Positions 1 to 9,411 of a DNA stretch of 64,000 nucleotides are shown one piece after another (within the stretch, counting starts at the first letter, position 1; the number at the start of each line of letters is the position of its first letter). Source of the DNA: Candidatus Helarchaeota archaeon (GTDB taxonomy: Archaea > Asgardarchaeota > Lokiarchaeia > Helarchaeales > RDOG01); contig JAHPZH010000001.1 of NCBI GenBank assembly GCA_019058315.1, positions 71,938 through 135,937 of the forward strand. Direction: 5' to 3'. The position numbers were made by a program, and so were the translations under genes. The notes under the pieces are model-generated. The model searched no databases. It was not told the origin of the DNA and saw nothing but the letters and a program-made list of their open reading frames with translations.

Positions 1-1
1 T

Positions 2-163
2 GTTCAGAAAATCAAAGATGCGGGCTATCGAGATAAAGTAAAAATTATGGTTGGTGGAGGAACTGTTGATGAACAAGTAAAAATTTATTCGGAAGCTGAT
101 GCATTTGGGGATAGTGCCGTTGATGCAGTAAATTTTGCCAAAAAATGGATGGGTGTTAATTAA
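2..163 (+). CDS. 3' end of a corrinoid (cobalamin)-binding protein gene, truncated by the window edge
   Basis: Frame 2 is open from the window edge to TAA at 161-163. The translation VQKIKDAGYRDKVKIMVGGGTVDEQVKIYSEADAFGDSAVDAVNFAKKWMGVN resembles the C-terminal end of B12-binding domains of methyltransferase corrinoid proteins. The next gene starts 3 nt later. Confidence 0.5.
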   Translation, partial: VQKIKDAGYRDKVKIMVGGGTVDEQVKIYSEADAFGDSAVDAVNFAKKWMGVN

Positions 164-165
164 TA

Positions 166-1452
166 ATGGCAGAAAAATCACCCAGAAAGTTATTTAAAGA
201 ACGTAAAAAAAGGATTTTCGAAGCTATTGCTCTTAAAGAACCGGATAGAGTTCCGATTAGTCCGATGTCAACATATTGGCCTATGTTATATAAAGGAATG
301 ACACATAAGGAAGCGATGTATGATCTTGAACGCTCATCCCAAGCTATAGTAGATACTGCACTAGAATTTCAATGGGACACTGCTCCAAGCGTTATTGTTA
401 TGTACCCGGTCCGTGCATTCGATATTCTGGACTCTAAATTATGGAAGTGGCCAGGTGCTAAAAACCCAGATCAAAGGGTATCAGATAATTCACCATACCA
501 GTTTTGCGAAGGAGAATACATGAAAGCTGATGAATATAAGGAATATTTTGAAGATCCAACTAGCTATATCATAAGAAAGGTAATTCCTAGACATTACGCG
601 GCACTTTCAGGATTTAAGAGATTTCCTTCAAGAAATGATATGGTTAATGGTTATATGGTAATGTTAGGAGCTCCACTTACCTTTAATTCACCCGAATTTA
701 AAGCTTCTAGCCAAGCATTAGAAGATGCATTAAAGGAAGTTCAAATCTGGTTTCAAAAAGGGATTGAATCTATGATGAAACTTCAAAGATTAGGATTTCC
801 ACCCATTTTTGCGGGAATAGCACAAGCACCTTTTGATGTTGTTAGCGAATTTCTACGAGGTATGAGAGGTAGCATGCTTGACATGTACAGAAGACCCGAA
901 GATTTATTGAAATTAGTCGATTCTATTATTAAACCTATGATAGAAGGTGCATTGAAATTGGCAGTATTACCTGAAGCCCCGCTTGTATTCATACCCCTTC
1001 ATCGCGGAGCCGATGGCTTTATGAATGATAAACAATATTCAAAATTCTATTGGCCGAGTTTAAAAGAACTTATGGTAGGATTAATAAAAGCTGGAAAGAT
1101 CCCGATGCCATTTTTTGAAGGAAAATATAATACCCGTTTAAACTATATAGAAGAATTTGGAAAAGAATATCCTGGAAAAATGGTTGCATGGTTTGACCAG
1201 ACTGATATTTTCAAAGCTAAGGAAATATTTGGAGATAAAATTTGTATTCGAGGAAATGTCCCAGGATCTTTAGTGGTAACTGGAACTCCACACCAAGTTG
1301 AAGAATATGTAAAGAAATGTATTGAAATCGTTGGTGAGAGTGGTGGTTATATACTAGATGGTGGAGTTAGTGGAATTCCAGATGAATCTAAACCTGAAAA
1401 TGTAAAAGCAATGACTGATGCATGCATGAAATATGGAATTTATAAAAAATAA
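166..1452 (+). CDS. URO-D fold methyltransferase (MtaA/CmuA-like corrinoid-dependent methyltransferase family)
   Basis: 428-aa ORF. The N-terminus (KERKKRIFEAIALKEPDRVPISP) and overall pattern resemble uroporphyrinogen-decarboxylase-family methyltransferases. It lies immediately downstream of the corrinoid-protein fragment. Confidence 0.55.
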   Translation: MAEKSPRKLFKERKKRIFEAIALKEPDRVPISPMSTYWPMLYKGMTHKEAMYDLERSSQAIVDTALEFQWDTAPSVIVMYPVRAFDILDSKLWKWPGAKNPDQRVSDNSPYQFCEGEYMKADEYKEYFEDPTSYIIRKVIPRHYAALSGFKRFPSRNDMVNGYMVMLGAPLTFNSPEFKASSQALEDALKEVQIWFQKGIESMMKLQRLGFPPIFAGIAQAPFDVVSEFLRGMRGSMLDMYRRPEDLLKLVDSIIKPMIEGALKLAVLPEAPLVFIPLHRGADGFMNDKQYSKFYWPSLKELMVGLIKAGKIPMPFFEGKYNTRLNYIEEFGKEYPGKMVAWFDQTDIFKAKEIFGDKICIRGNVPGSLVVTGTPHQVEEYVKKCIEIVGESGGYILDGGVSGIPDESKPENVKAMTDACMKYGIYKK

Positions 1453-1505
1453 TTATTTAAATTTATAAATAATTATTACTTATCAATTTTAACGAAGGGA
1501 TTTAA

Positions 1506-1997
1506 ATGAGCGATAAACCCAATCATAGGGTGAAAGGTTACCCATTTTATATACCTAAACCTGTTATAAAAAAAGATGAAAAAGAAATAGGACCTTATGA
1601 GATATTGGAAAGAAAATTTAGCCAAATTTATTCTTACATCAAAGAATGGGATACAAAAAAGCTCGAAGAACTTATACTTTATTTAATTAGGCGAATAAAA
1701 AAAATGGTAATAAAGAAAGAATTAAGTATGGAGGAGAAAGATGATGATCCTTTCGTAAGAAATTCTGATATTCCAATTTTCATTAAAGGATGGGAAGTAG
1801 AGGAGCTCGAAGAACTCATATCATTTATAATAAAGAGAATGGAAAAAACAATTAAAGATGGATATAAAAAAATAATTTCAATATATGTTAATAAAATCAA
1901 AGAAATGAAGAAAGCTGAAATGGAAAAATTGAAGGATGCTGAACGAACTCCAATAAACGATTCTTCTATTCGTTATGGTGTTTACAAACAAGATTAG
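1506..1997 (+). CDS. hypothetical Lys/Glu-rich helical protein with an internal duplication
   Basis: 163-aa ORF with a duplicated segment (EWDTKKLEELILYLIRRIKKMV / GWEVEELEELISFIIKRMEKTI). It ends 11 nt before the GTPase gene. No family recognised. Confidence 0.5.
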   Translation: MSDKPNHRVKGYPFYIPKPVIKKDEKEIGPYEILERKFSQIYSYIKEWDTKKLEELILYLIRRIKKMVIKKELSMEEKDDDPFVRNSDIPIFIKGWEVEELEELISFIIKRMEKTIKDGYKKIISIYVNKIKEMKKAEMEKLKDAERTPINDSSIRYGVYKQD

Positions 1998-2008
1998 TTC
2001 GGAGTTTA

Positions 2009-2956
2009 TTGACTTTGAGTGAAAAAAAATTTAATATTTCTTTTTTAGGATTATATAATGCGGGGAAATCGTCTTTTTTACGTTCATTAAATAATACACC
2101 AAAAAATCAACAAATAGTTGGTAAGACTAGAGGTCCAAATAAAATGGAAATTGAAATTTTGGGTTTTAAATTATATTTATTCGATTTTGGGGGCTTTAAA
2201 GAGCATAGAAATAATTTTCTAGAAAAAAAAGGCAATTATATCAACACTGATTTAATTTTTTATATCGTTGATACTCAAGATAACCACACATTCGGCGATT
2301 CTGTCGAATTTTTTGGCAAAATGCTTCAAGAATTAGAAAAAAATGAAGCCAAGCCAAAAATTGTCGTGTGCCTTCATAAATGTGACCCAGAATTACTTTC
2401 AGATAAGTTTTCATTTATTTATGAAAACTTAAAATTCTTAAACAGCTTATTTAGGAACAGAAGTAAGGGATGGGAAATAACTTATTTGCAGACATCAATT
2501 TATAATTACTCGAGTCTAGTCCGAGCTTATATTAAAGGATTAATAAAAATATTTGTAGATCCTCCAATTATAATGAATACTATCTTTAAAGAATTTATGG
2601 ATAAAACTGATTTCGATGGTATATGCCTTTTTGATCAAGATGGTTTAATTCTATTTGAATTGTATAATCAGACACCATATGCTAGAAAAATCATTGAAGT
2701 AATTGGTTTAAATATGGCACAAATGTCTGAAAAATTAATATCTTATAACGTTGGATTCCCTAATTCGATTCAGGTAGATATGAAGGGACAAACCTTTTTT
2801 AGAAATTTTGAATTAGAGAATGGAAATCGATATTATTTAACAATTTATTCCCGAGATATTGAAAATTTTGAAAAAATTAATAATTCTTTGCCATATTTTA
2901 CCGATACTATTTCAAATGCTATGGAAGATATATTAATTATGATTTCAGATAGGTGA
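2009..2956 (+). CDS. Rag/Gtr-like small GTPase with a C-terminal roadblock-like domain
   Basis: TTG start. G1 is GLYNAGKS, G3 is DFGG, G4 is HKCD (the HKxD variant typical of RagA/Gtr1 rather than NKxD), and G5 is QTSIYN (compare TSIWD in Rag/Gtr1). The C-terminal ~130 aa (FDGICLFDQDGLILFEL...YYLTIYSRD) has an alternating beta/alpha pattern like the Rag roadblock domain. Confidence 0.7.
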   Translation: MTLSEKKFNISFLGLYNAGKSSFLRSLNNTPKNQQIVGKTRGPNKMEIEILGFKLYLFDFGGFKEHRNNFLEKKGNYINTDLIFYIVDTQDNHTFGDSVEFFGKMLQELEKNEAKPKIVVCLHKCDPELLSDKFSFIYENLKFLNSLFRNRSKGWEITYLQTSIYNYSSLVRAYIKGLIKIFVDPPIIMNTIFKEFMDKTDFDGICLFDQDGLILFELYNQTPYARKIIEVIGLNMAQMSEKLISYNVGFPNSIQVDMKGQTFFRNFELENGNRYYLTIYSRDIENFEKINNSLPYFTDTISNAMEDILIMISDR

Positions 2957-2962
2957 TATGAT

Positions 2963-3574
2963 TTGGCAGATGTTCCATTAGAAAGATGTCCAAAATGTGA
3001 TAAAAAACTGATATATCTCAAAGTGAAGCGAAAAAACGATAAGGCAGAGGTAGAAGCTATCTGTCTAGAAGGTCATAAGAAATCCTTTACCACGCCGTTA
3101 GCGAAAAAACCAGCATGGGTTCGTCTCATGGCTCAAAGAATTCTATCCTGTGCTGTTTGTGGAGGGCGTGCAGTTCCAGATAGAGATACAATGAAAAAAG
3201 AAAAATATAAAGATAAATTTAAGGTTAGATGTAGAACGGGTTGTAATGATAAATATGAAAGGGAAGTAGCAAAAGGATTGGCTGATGCTATAAGGAGAAT
3301 GATAGCTAAATCAAGAAAAATGGGTGTAAAACCATTTCAAAAACCTTTTCCCAAACCTGGTGTAAAACCTTATCCGCGAAGAGGTGGTAGATATCCTCGT
3401 CGAAAACCAAGTGGTATGCAGCCAAAACCTAGAATTAAATTAATTGTACCTGAAGAATGTCCAAAATGCGATGCACCTTTAAAGAAGGAACAAATAGAAC
3501 AACTAAGAAAAAATGAAGTTGTTGAGTGTAAATATTGTGGTAGTGCAATCCAAGCTGAAAGAGAAGAAATTTAA
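2963..3574 (+). CDS. multi-zinc-ribbon protein with a Pro/Lys/Arg-rich linker (paralog of 4637-5074)
   Basis: TTG start 6 nt after the GTPase stop. CxxC pairs: CPKCD...CAVCGG...CPKCD...CKYCG. The linker is KPFQKPFPKPGVKPYPRRGGRYPRRKPSGMQPKPR. It aligns by eye with ORF 4637-5074 along its zinc-ribbon parts. Confidence 0.6.
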   Translation: MADVPLERCPKCDKKLIYLKVKRKNDKAEVEAICLEGHKKSFTTPLAKKPAWVRLMAQRILSCAVCGGRAVPDRDTMKKEKYKDKFKVRCRTGCNDKYEREVAKGLADAIRRMIAKSRKMGVKPFQKPFPKPGVKPYPRRGGRYPRRKPSGMQPKPRIKLIVPEECPKCDAPLKKEQIEQLRKNEVVECKYCGSAIQAEREEI

Positions 3575-3652
3575 AAATTACTCAATTTGGTAAATATTTT
3601 ATTCATCTTTTCTATTAAAATAACGGAATTAAATTTTAAATAGTGATGTCAA

Positions 3653-4150
3653 ATGGAGAACGTAGATAGAGTAAAATTATTTAAATTAATATTTTGCATT
3701 ATAATTTGCCAATTAGCCGGTATTATTGGTTCATTTGCTACTGCACCCGCTATTTCGAACTGGTATCAATTCTTAAATAAGCCAATTTTCACACCCCCTT
3801 CATGGTTATTTGCACCAGTCTGGATCTCACTATATATTTTAATGGGAATTGCTACATATATAGTTTGGAATAAAGGTTTAGATGAGTTAAATAATAAAAT
3901 AGGTTTACTTTTTTTCTCAATCCAATTGGGATTTAATACTATATGGTCAATTATCTTTTTTGGATTTAAATCAATTATCGGTGGTCTTATAGTAATTTTT
4001 GTTCTTGATATATCGGTTATAGTAACTATCATATTTTATTTCAAGGTTTCTAAAACTGCAGGAACACTTTTAATTCCTTATATTATTTGGTTATCAATAG
4101 CTACAGCCCTAAATTATTCTTTATTACTTTTGAATCCCTTGCTTTCTTAA
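3653..4150 (+). CDS. tspO: TspO/MBR family tryptophan-rich sensory protein
   Basis: 165 aa with five hydrophobic segments. Family-typical motifs: NWYQFLNKPIFTPPSWLFAPVWISLYILMGIA and LLIPYIIWLSIATALNY. Confidence 0.85.
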   Translation: MENVDRVKLFKLIFCIIICQLAGIIGSFATAPAISNWYQFLNKPIFTPPSWLFAPVWISLYILMGIATYIVWNKGLDELNNKIGLLFFSIQLGFNTIWSIIFFGFKSIIGGLIVIFVLDISVIVTIIFYFKVSKTAGTLLIPYIIWLSIATALNYSLLLLNPLLS

Positions 4151-4189
4151 TTTTTAAAATAAACACAATAGAATTAACAATTTTTTTTT

Positions 4190-4519
4190 CTATTTTCTCT
4201 TTTTAATTGTAATTGAGGGCCATTCTATCCGTTCCTCCCGACATTTAGGACATTTAGATGGGATTTTTAAAGATTTAATTGTCTGCTGAAATATGAAACC
4301 GCACGCTATACAACGTGGAGGGTAAATGGTTAGAGTAACACCCTTATTTTTCAAAGTCATAGCAATACTTTTAATATCGTGAATTAAGGTTTTCTTATTA
4401 GAATATTCCATTTCTCTTAAGCTTGTTTTCAAATCGATAACTGCCCCTTCATTCATTAATAGATTAATCAACCTTTCCTTTCTTGTATTCCAAGTTTTTT
4501 TATCTTCTAAATCAGCCAT
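4190..4519 (-). CDS. small HTH plus C-terminal zinc-ribbon regulator-like protein
   Basis: 109 aa. The N-terminal helical region is followed by CIACG...CPKCR. The architecture resembles archaeal HTH-Zn-ribbon predicted regulators. Confidence 0.45.
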   Translation of the reverse strand: MADLEDKKTWNTRKERLINLLMNEGAVIDLKTSLREMEYSNKKTLIHDIKSIAMTLKNKGVTLTIYPPRCIACGFIFQQTIKSLKIPSKCPKCREERIEWPSITIKKRK

Positions 4520-4636
4520 TTGCGATTTTTATCCTTTTATAATGTGATGATATGTTAGATTAAATTTAAACAGCTATATATGGTAAATTAATATTATTAA
4601 TTGTTTAGAACAGTTTATTTAAATCTGTGATTTGAT

Positions 4637-5074
4637 TTGTTCGATCCTCCTTTAGAAATTTGTCCAAAATGCAATGAAAAATTAGTATATATTAGGAGTA
4701 GACAGAAAAAAGATGAAATAGATGTCGATGCAATTTGTCTTAATGGACATAAGACAACTTTCACTATATCGAACAAAAAAAGAACAGCTCATAAAGATTT
4801 AATAAGGGAAAGGATTTTTTCTTGTGCAATTTGTGGAGGACCGGCTTTTCCAGACTATAAAGGTTCTTTTAAGAAAGAGTTTAATAAGACTAGTTTTAAG
4901 GTTAAATGTAAATCTGGATGTAACGATAATTATTTAAGGGAATATGAGAAGGAATTACCCAAAGAATGCCCTAGATGTGGTACTCCATTAACAGAAGAAA
5001 AGCTTGAAAAACTGAGAACTCAAGCAATACTTGATTGTTCGAAATGTGGTTTATGGGCAATGTTCTCCTATTAA
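4637..5074 (+). CDS. multi-zinc-ribbon protein (paralog of 2963-3574, lacks the P/K/R linker)
   Basis: TTG start. CPKCN...CAICGG...CPRCG...CSKCG. It is collinear with 2963-3574 (PLE-CPKC--KL-Y...AICL-GHK--FT...SCA-CGG...FKV-C--GCND-Y-RE). Confidence 0.6.
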   Translation: MFDPPLEICPKCNEKLVYIRSRQKKDEIDVDAICLNGHKTTFTISNKKRTAHKDLIRERIFSCAICGGPAFPDYKGSFKKEFNKTSFKVKCKSGCNDNYLREYEKELPKECPRCGTPLTEEKLEKLRTQAILDCSKCGLWAMFSY

Positions 5075-5176
5075 CCTATTTCGATTATAACTTAGTTTTT
5101 TTTATAAAAATTAGAAAGTTAGTCATTATTAAGTAGATAATTGAAATTGCATTATTAATAACAAAAAGTGATATGA

Positions 5177-6028
5177 ATGCCAAAGGATATGAATGGAAAA
5201 ATCTGCCTTATTACGGGTGCTAATTCAGGAATAGGAAAAGTCACAGCTCTAGAATTAGCTAAATTAGGTGCAAAAGTTGTTATGTTTTGTCGTAATTCAA
5301 AAAGAGGAGAAGATGCATTAGCTGAAATTAAACAAAAATCTGGAAATGCTTCTGTAGATTTAATGATTGCTGATCTTGCATCTCTAGATTCAGTTCGTCG
5401 TTTTGCAGCCGATTTTAAGGCAAAATACAATAAATTACATGTATTAATTAACAATGCCGGAATTCATTATCCCGAACGTAAATTGACTATTGATGGATAT
5501 GAAGCAATGTTTGCTGTAAATCATTTAGGCCATTTTTTATTGACTTTGTTGTTACTTGATATGATAAAAGCCAGTGCTCCTGCTAGAATCATTAATGTAA
5601 GTTCTGAAGCTCATGTCTTTAGTAAAATAGACTTTGATGACTTGAATCTGGATAAAAAATTCAATGAATTTCAAGCATATGGTCGATCAAAATTAGCAAA
5701 TATCTATTTTACATACGAACTGGCTGAGAGGCTAGCAGGAACAGGAGTTACAGTTAATTGTCTTCATCCTGGCATGGTGAAAACAAATTTCCAAAGATAC
5801 TCAAAAATGGTTCAAGATGCTATCAAGAAAGCCCCTCCCGGTCTACTGATAAGTCCTGAAGAAGGAGCTAAGACTACAATATACTTGGCAACATCAACAG
5901 AAGTCGAAAATGTTACCGGAAGATATTTTGAAAATTTAAAGGCTAAAAAATCGTCAAGAAGGTCTTATGAGAGAGAGATACAAAAAAAATTATGGGAAAT
6001 TAGTGAAAAACTTACTGGTTTGGCATAG
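5177..6028 (+). CDS. short-chain dehydrogenase/reductase (SDR), retinol-dehydrogenase-like
   Basis: TGANSGIGK cofactor motif, NNAG, and catalytic YGRSK (YxxxK). Confidence 0.85.
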   Translation: MPKDMNGKICLITGANSGIGKVTALELAKLGAKVVMFCRNSKRGEDALAEIKQKSGNASVDLMIADLASLDSVRRFAADFKAKYNKLHVLINNAGIHYPERKLTIDGYEAMFAVNHLGHFLLTLLLLDMIKASAPARIINVSSEAHVFSKIDFDDLNLDKKFNEFQAYGRSKLANIYFTYELAERLAGTGVTVNCLHPGMVKTNFQRYSKMVQDAIKKAPPGLLISPEEGAKTTIYLATSTEVENVTGRYFENLKAKKSSRRSYEREIQKKLWEISEKLTGLA

Positions 6029-6122
6029 TTAAGATAATTGAATCTCTTTTAATCTTCCTTAAATTAAAAAAATCGATAAGTACAATAGAAACTATTTTTA
6101 TTATTTTTTAGGAGTTTAGATA

Positions 6123-7025
6123 ATGGGTGCTGTACGAAAAATTAAACACATTTCGAAAAGTATTCCAACCATTGAAGGTGCAGGAGTTCATTTAAAGCGA
6201 GCTTTTGGTTTTAATGAAAGTCCTTCCTTGGATCCATTTTTATTGTTAGATGATTTTCACTCTGATAATCCTAAATACTATTTAGCGGGATTCCCATGGC
6301 ATCCTCATCGAGGCATTGAGACGATTACTTATATGCTCCATGGTGAAGTTGAACATGGAGATAGTTTAGGTAATGGTGGTGTCATTAGGTCTGGAGATGT
6401 TCAGTGGATGACTGCGGGATCTGGAATCATTCATCAAGAGATGCCCAAGTCAAATCATAAAGATAGTTTGTTATGGGGTTTTCAATTATGGGCAAATCTT
6501 CCTGCCTCACAAAAGATGATGGATCCCCGCTATCGAGATGTTAAAAGAGAGCAAATTCCAGAAGTTAATTTGAATAATGATGTGAAGGTGAGAATCATAT
6601 GTGGAGAAATTAATGGAACGAAAGGACCTGTCAAGGATATTGTTATTGATCCAGAGTATTTAGATATAACAATTCAACCAAATTCAGAATTTATACATCC
6701 AGTTAAGATTGGGCATACTATCTTCGCTTATGTTATTGAAGGAAAAGGATATTTTGATCAAAATCAAAATAAATTAATTGATGCAGAAAATCTGGTTATA
6801 TTCGAAAATGGTGATGAAGTAAGAATTAAAACTATTGATGATAATGTTCGTTTTTTATTAATTTCGGGCAAACCTATTGGTGAACCAGTCGCTTGGTATG
6901 GACCTATTGTTATGAATACACAAGAAGAGCTAAGAATAGCCTTTGAGGAATATCGTAATGGATCATTTATTAAACATAAAAAGAGTATTTTTCAGACTGA
7001 AGGAGCTTCTTATTATAAAAAATAA
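6123..7025 (+). CDS. pirin family bicupin protein
   Basis: GFPWHPHRGIETITYMLHGEVEHGDSLGN metal-binding cupin motif. The 300-aa length is typical of pirins. Confidence 0.85.
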   Translation: MGAVRKIKHISKSIPTIEGAGVHLKRAFGFNESPSLDPFLLLDDFHSDNPKYYLAGFPWHPHRGIETITYMLHGEVEHGDSLGNGGVIRSGDVQWMTAGSGIIHQEMPKSNHKDSLLWGFQLWANLPASQKMMDPRYRDVKREQIPEVNLNNDVKVRIICGEINGTKGPVKDIVIDPEYLDITIQPNSEFIHPVKIGHTIFAYVIEGKGYFDQNQNKLIDAENLVIFENGDEVRIKTIDDNVRFLLISGKPIGEPVAWYGPIVMNTQEELRIAFEEYRNGSFIKHKKSIFQTEGASYYKK

Positions 7026-7065
7026 GTGAAAAAATAAAACTAAAAGCCTTACTTTTTATTTTTTA

Positions 7066-7782
7066 TTAATCTTTAAAATAAGGGCAATTATTTTTCAAAC
7101 ATTCTTTATTTAATTCATTAAATTCGCATTTATGTTCTTTATTTATATCTAAAACCACATCAAAGTTCTCTTTTAAGAATTCAACAGCTTCTTTTATCGC
7201 TAAAAAAGAATCCCTTTTACAGCATCTTGGGCCTCCATGCTCTGCTATTGTTTGTAAACTTTTAGTAGTCATCATAATACTTTGCTTCCATTCTTTAACT
7301 TTCAAAGGTGTTGAACCTGTTATTAAACTAATAAATATGCCTGTTCCAATCCCTGCTCCACAAGCGCCCCAAAAGCCGCAAAAACCACCCAAGACTTGTT
7401 TAGCTCTTCTGCTTGCCTCAACTATCTTTTTTTTCTTCTCTTCGTAATCCCCTCTCTTATTATAGTACGCTGCGAGAAGAACTGCGGGAACCATAAAATG
7501 ATGCTCTGGACCATGCATCTTTACTTGTGGGTTTCTCATTAAGATACATGCCATTTCTAGGGGGTCTTCCAGTTTAGTATTAAAACAGAATTCTTTAATT
7601 AAATCATAGGCTGATAAACTATGGCAATGATCACAAATATAATGTCCATTTACACATTTAGTGTTTGATTCATATATATTTTTGCAATAAGAACATTCCA
7701 TTTCTTCAGATTCATTAAGATATGTTAATACGTCTCCACAAACAAGACAATTTACTTTATGATTTGTAATTTCTTCTTCCAT
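7066..7782 (-). CDS. cysteine-rich protein with an N-terminal zinc ribbon (function unknown)
   Basis: 238 aa. CLVCGD...CSYC...CVNGHYICDHCH at the N-terminus, a glycine-rich GGFCGFWGACGAGIGTG segment, and more Cys residues at the C-terminus. Confidence 0.5.
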   Translation of the reverse strand: MEEEITNHKVNCLVCGDVLTYLNESEEMECSYCKNIYESNTKCVNGHYICDHCHSLSAYDLIKEFCFNTKLEDPLEMACILMRNPQVKMHGPEHHFMVPAVLLAAYYNKRGDYEEKKKKIVEASRRAKQVLGGFCGFWGACGAGIGTGIFISLITGSTPLKVKEWKQSIMMTTKSLQTIAEHGGPRCCKRDSFLAIKEAVEFLKENFDVVLDINKEHKCEFNELNKECLKNNCPYFKD

Positions 7783-7825
7783 TATTCACCACTAAATTAC
7801 GTAATAATCAAAAAAAAAAGATAGG

Positions 7826-8398
7826 TTATTTAATAAGGAATGTAAACGCTTGAGGAGCGTATGCTATAATTCCTCCTAAAATAAATCCAAGAATTGCCGG
7901 TCCTGCGTCTTTAAATGCAATTGACAAAGAATGAAGTATTAATATAAGTGACCAAATAGTAAAAACTGCTGTTACAATGCCTACTGGGATTGCCATTTCA
8001 GGAATTATCCCTAAAAGTGAAAAAGCGTTTACAATTACTAATGGAAAATTTGAGTATCCAGTTGCTCTAAAAGTATGCAAAATAGAATTTGCTTCTCCAC
8101 CAACTGCATTACCTATCAAGTAAGTGAAAATCCACCATAGAATCGGGGTTGTTACTCGAAAAATTGCTTCTAATGCGATTCTTAAAGTGCTGTAAATCCC
8201 AAAGAATACAGGAGCCCATATAGCATAAGTTTTATCTGAAACTAACAAGTAACTTAAGACACCTAAGCCAATTGATAATATAAAATATATAGCTGCCATT
8301 AAAGTTGATCCTTCGTCATCTATGATTTGTTCAAGATTCTCTTTTTTATTACGCATAAAATTTTTTAATTTATTCAATTCCTCACTCATCAAAATCAC
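7826..8398 (-). CDS. multi-pass membrane protein (possibly Yip1-domain-like)
   Basis: 190 aa. A short polar N-terminus is followed by about five hydrophobic helices. The family assignment is tentative. Confidence 0.4.
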   Translation of the reverse strand: MILMSEELNKLKNFMRNKKENLEQIIDDEGSTLMAAIYFILSIGLGVLSYLLVSDKTYAIWAPVFFGIYSTLRIALEAIFRVTTPILWWIFTYLIGNAVGGEANSILHTFRATGYSNFPLVIVNAFSLLGIIPEMAIPVGIVTAVFTIWSLILILHSLSIAFKDAGPAILGFILGGIIAYAPQAFTFLIK

Positions 8399-8970
8399 TT
8401 TATTTAGTAGATTATTTTTTCAAATATTTTTATCTTATAAAAGCATTTCTTTAATCTAAATAAAATATTACATTTCCTAAAAATATTGGATTAATCCTAT
8501 CTTTTATCGAATATTTGCATTAAATAATTATTAAATTAAAAATAATTACTTTTTTAGTAACATATAAAAAAAATAAATAAAAAATTAATTGGTATATTAG
8601 TAAAGAAATAAATTAACTCTTCTTTTAAAAAGTAGGGAATTGTTTATTTAATTCAATATTCATTTTTCGAATAATATTATTTGCTTCCAAAATTTCTAAA
8701 TCTAATACTGTTGTCTTATTTGAAGTTTTTGAAATTCCTTTTGTAATAGTGCTAGAAATTTGACATTCGATACAACCATTAAAACCATTTTCAAAAAATT
8801 TCATATATTCTGTAATAATGTTTTCTCCTGTAAATAAAGAAATTATATTTGAATTTTGATTTAAAACATATAAATATTCAGTTCCTTTGTATTCGAGTGC
8901 GACAATCTTACTATTATTTCTTTTTAAATTATGTAAAATCTTAATTGTTTCTCGCCCTTAAAAATGAATC

Positions 8971-9318
8971 TTAAAAGGTTATCGTTTTTTCATTATATGC
9001 GACTGCTTCGACAATCTCATGCATTCCAACAATTTTACAACCTTCTGCTAAGTCTTCTTGTATAACTCCTCTAGCCTGGCAACAAACCCCGCATACTATT
9101 ACTTTAAGACCTTCGGATATCGCGTTTTCTAAATATTCAAGATGATTTGGATATTCTGCAGGATTTTGAGCTTTCTTAGCAACGAAAATACCGTCTTGAA
9201 GCAAAACCATAGTTACATCATGACCATCCACAATTGCGGTTAATGCAAATCTAAGAGCAGTATAGGGTTTTTCGCGTCCATATGGGGATTCGTAATTGAT
9301 CACACACATTTTGACCAT
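8971..9318 (-). CDS. DsrE/DsrF-like sulfur-relay family protein
   Basis: 115 aa. The pattern (KPYTALRFALTA...VTMVLLQDGIF...VIVCGVCCQARG) is typical of the DsrE/TusD fold with a conserved Cys. Confidence 0.65.
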   Translation of the reverse strand: MVKMCVINYESPYGREKPYTALRFALTAIVDGHDVTMVLLQDGIFVAKKAQNPAEYPNHLEYLENAISEGLKVIVCGVCCQARGVIQEDLAEGCKIVGMHEIVEAVAYNEKTITF

Positions 9319-9411
9319 TTTTTAACACCTTAAAAAATGAAAGAAAGTGAAAATTTAAAAATATCAGAAAAAATTATTATATATATAAGAAAAAGTTATG
9401 AAGTCGTTAAA

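Noticed and set aside
5155-5454. Antisense or overlapping ORFs of 60-175 aa. Examples: 5155-5454, 35253-35609, 52811-53206, 56759-57280, 60844-61221, 61251-61775, and many inside the giant genes.
   Set aside because: Each lies opposite or out of frame to an ORF with clear family motifs (SDR, FwdC-like, wHTH, PRTase, ferredoxin, sirtuin). Their translations are low-complexity with no motifs. They are treated as shadow ORFs.
8625-8958. An open minus-strand frame (~110 codons, ...ALEYKGTEYLYVLNQNSNIISLFTGENIITEYMKFFENGFNGCIECQISS...) directly downstream of the DsrE-like gene. This might be a DsrF/H-type partner.
   Set aside because: There is no ATG/GTG/TTG start until an internal ATG at 8804, which leaves only 59 codons, and I recognise no family motif. 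It could be a real gene with an unusual start or a decaying one. Support is too weak to call it as a feature.
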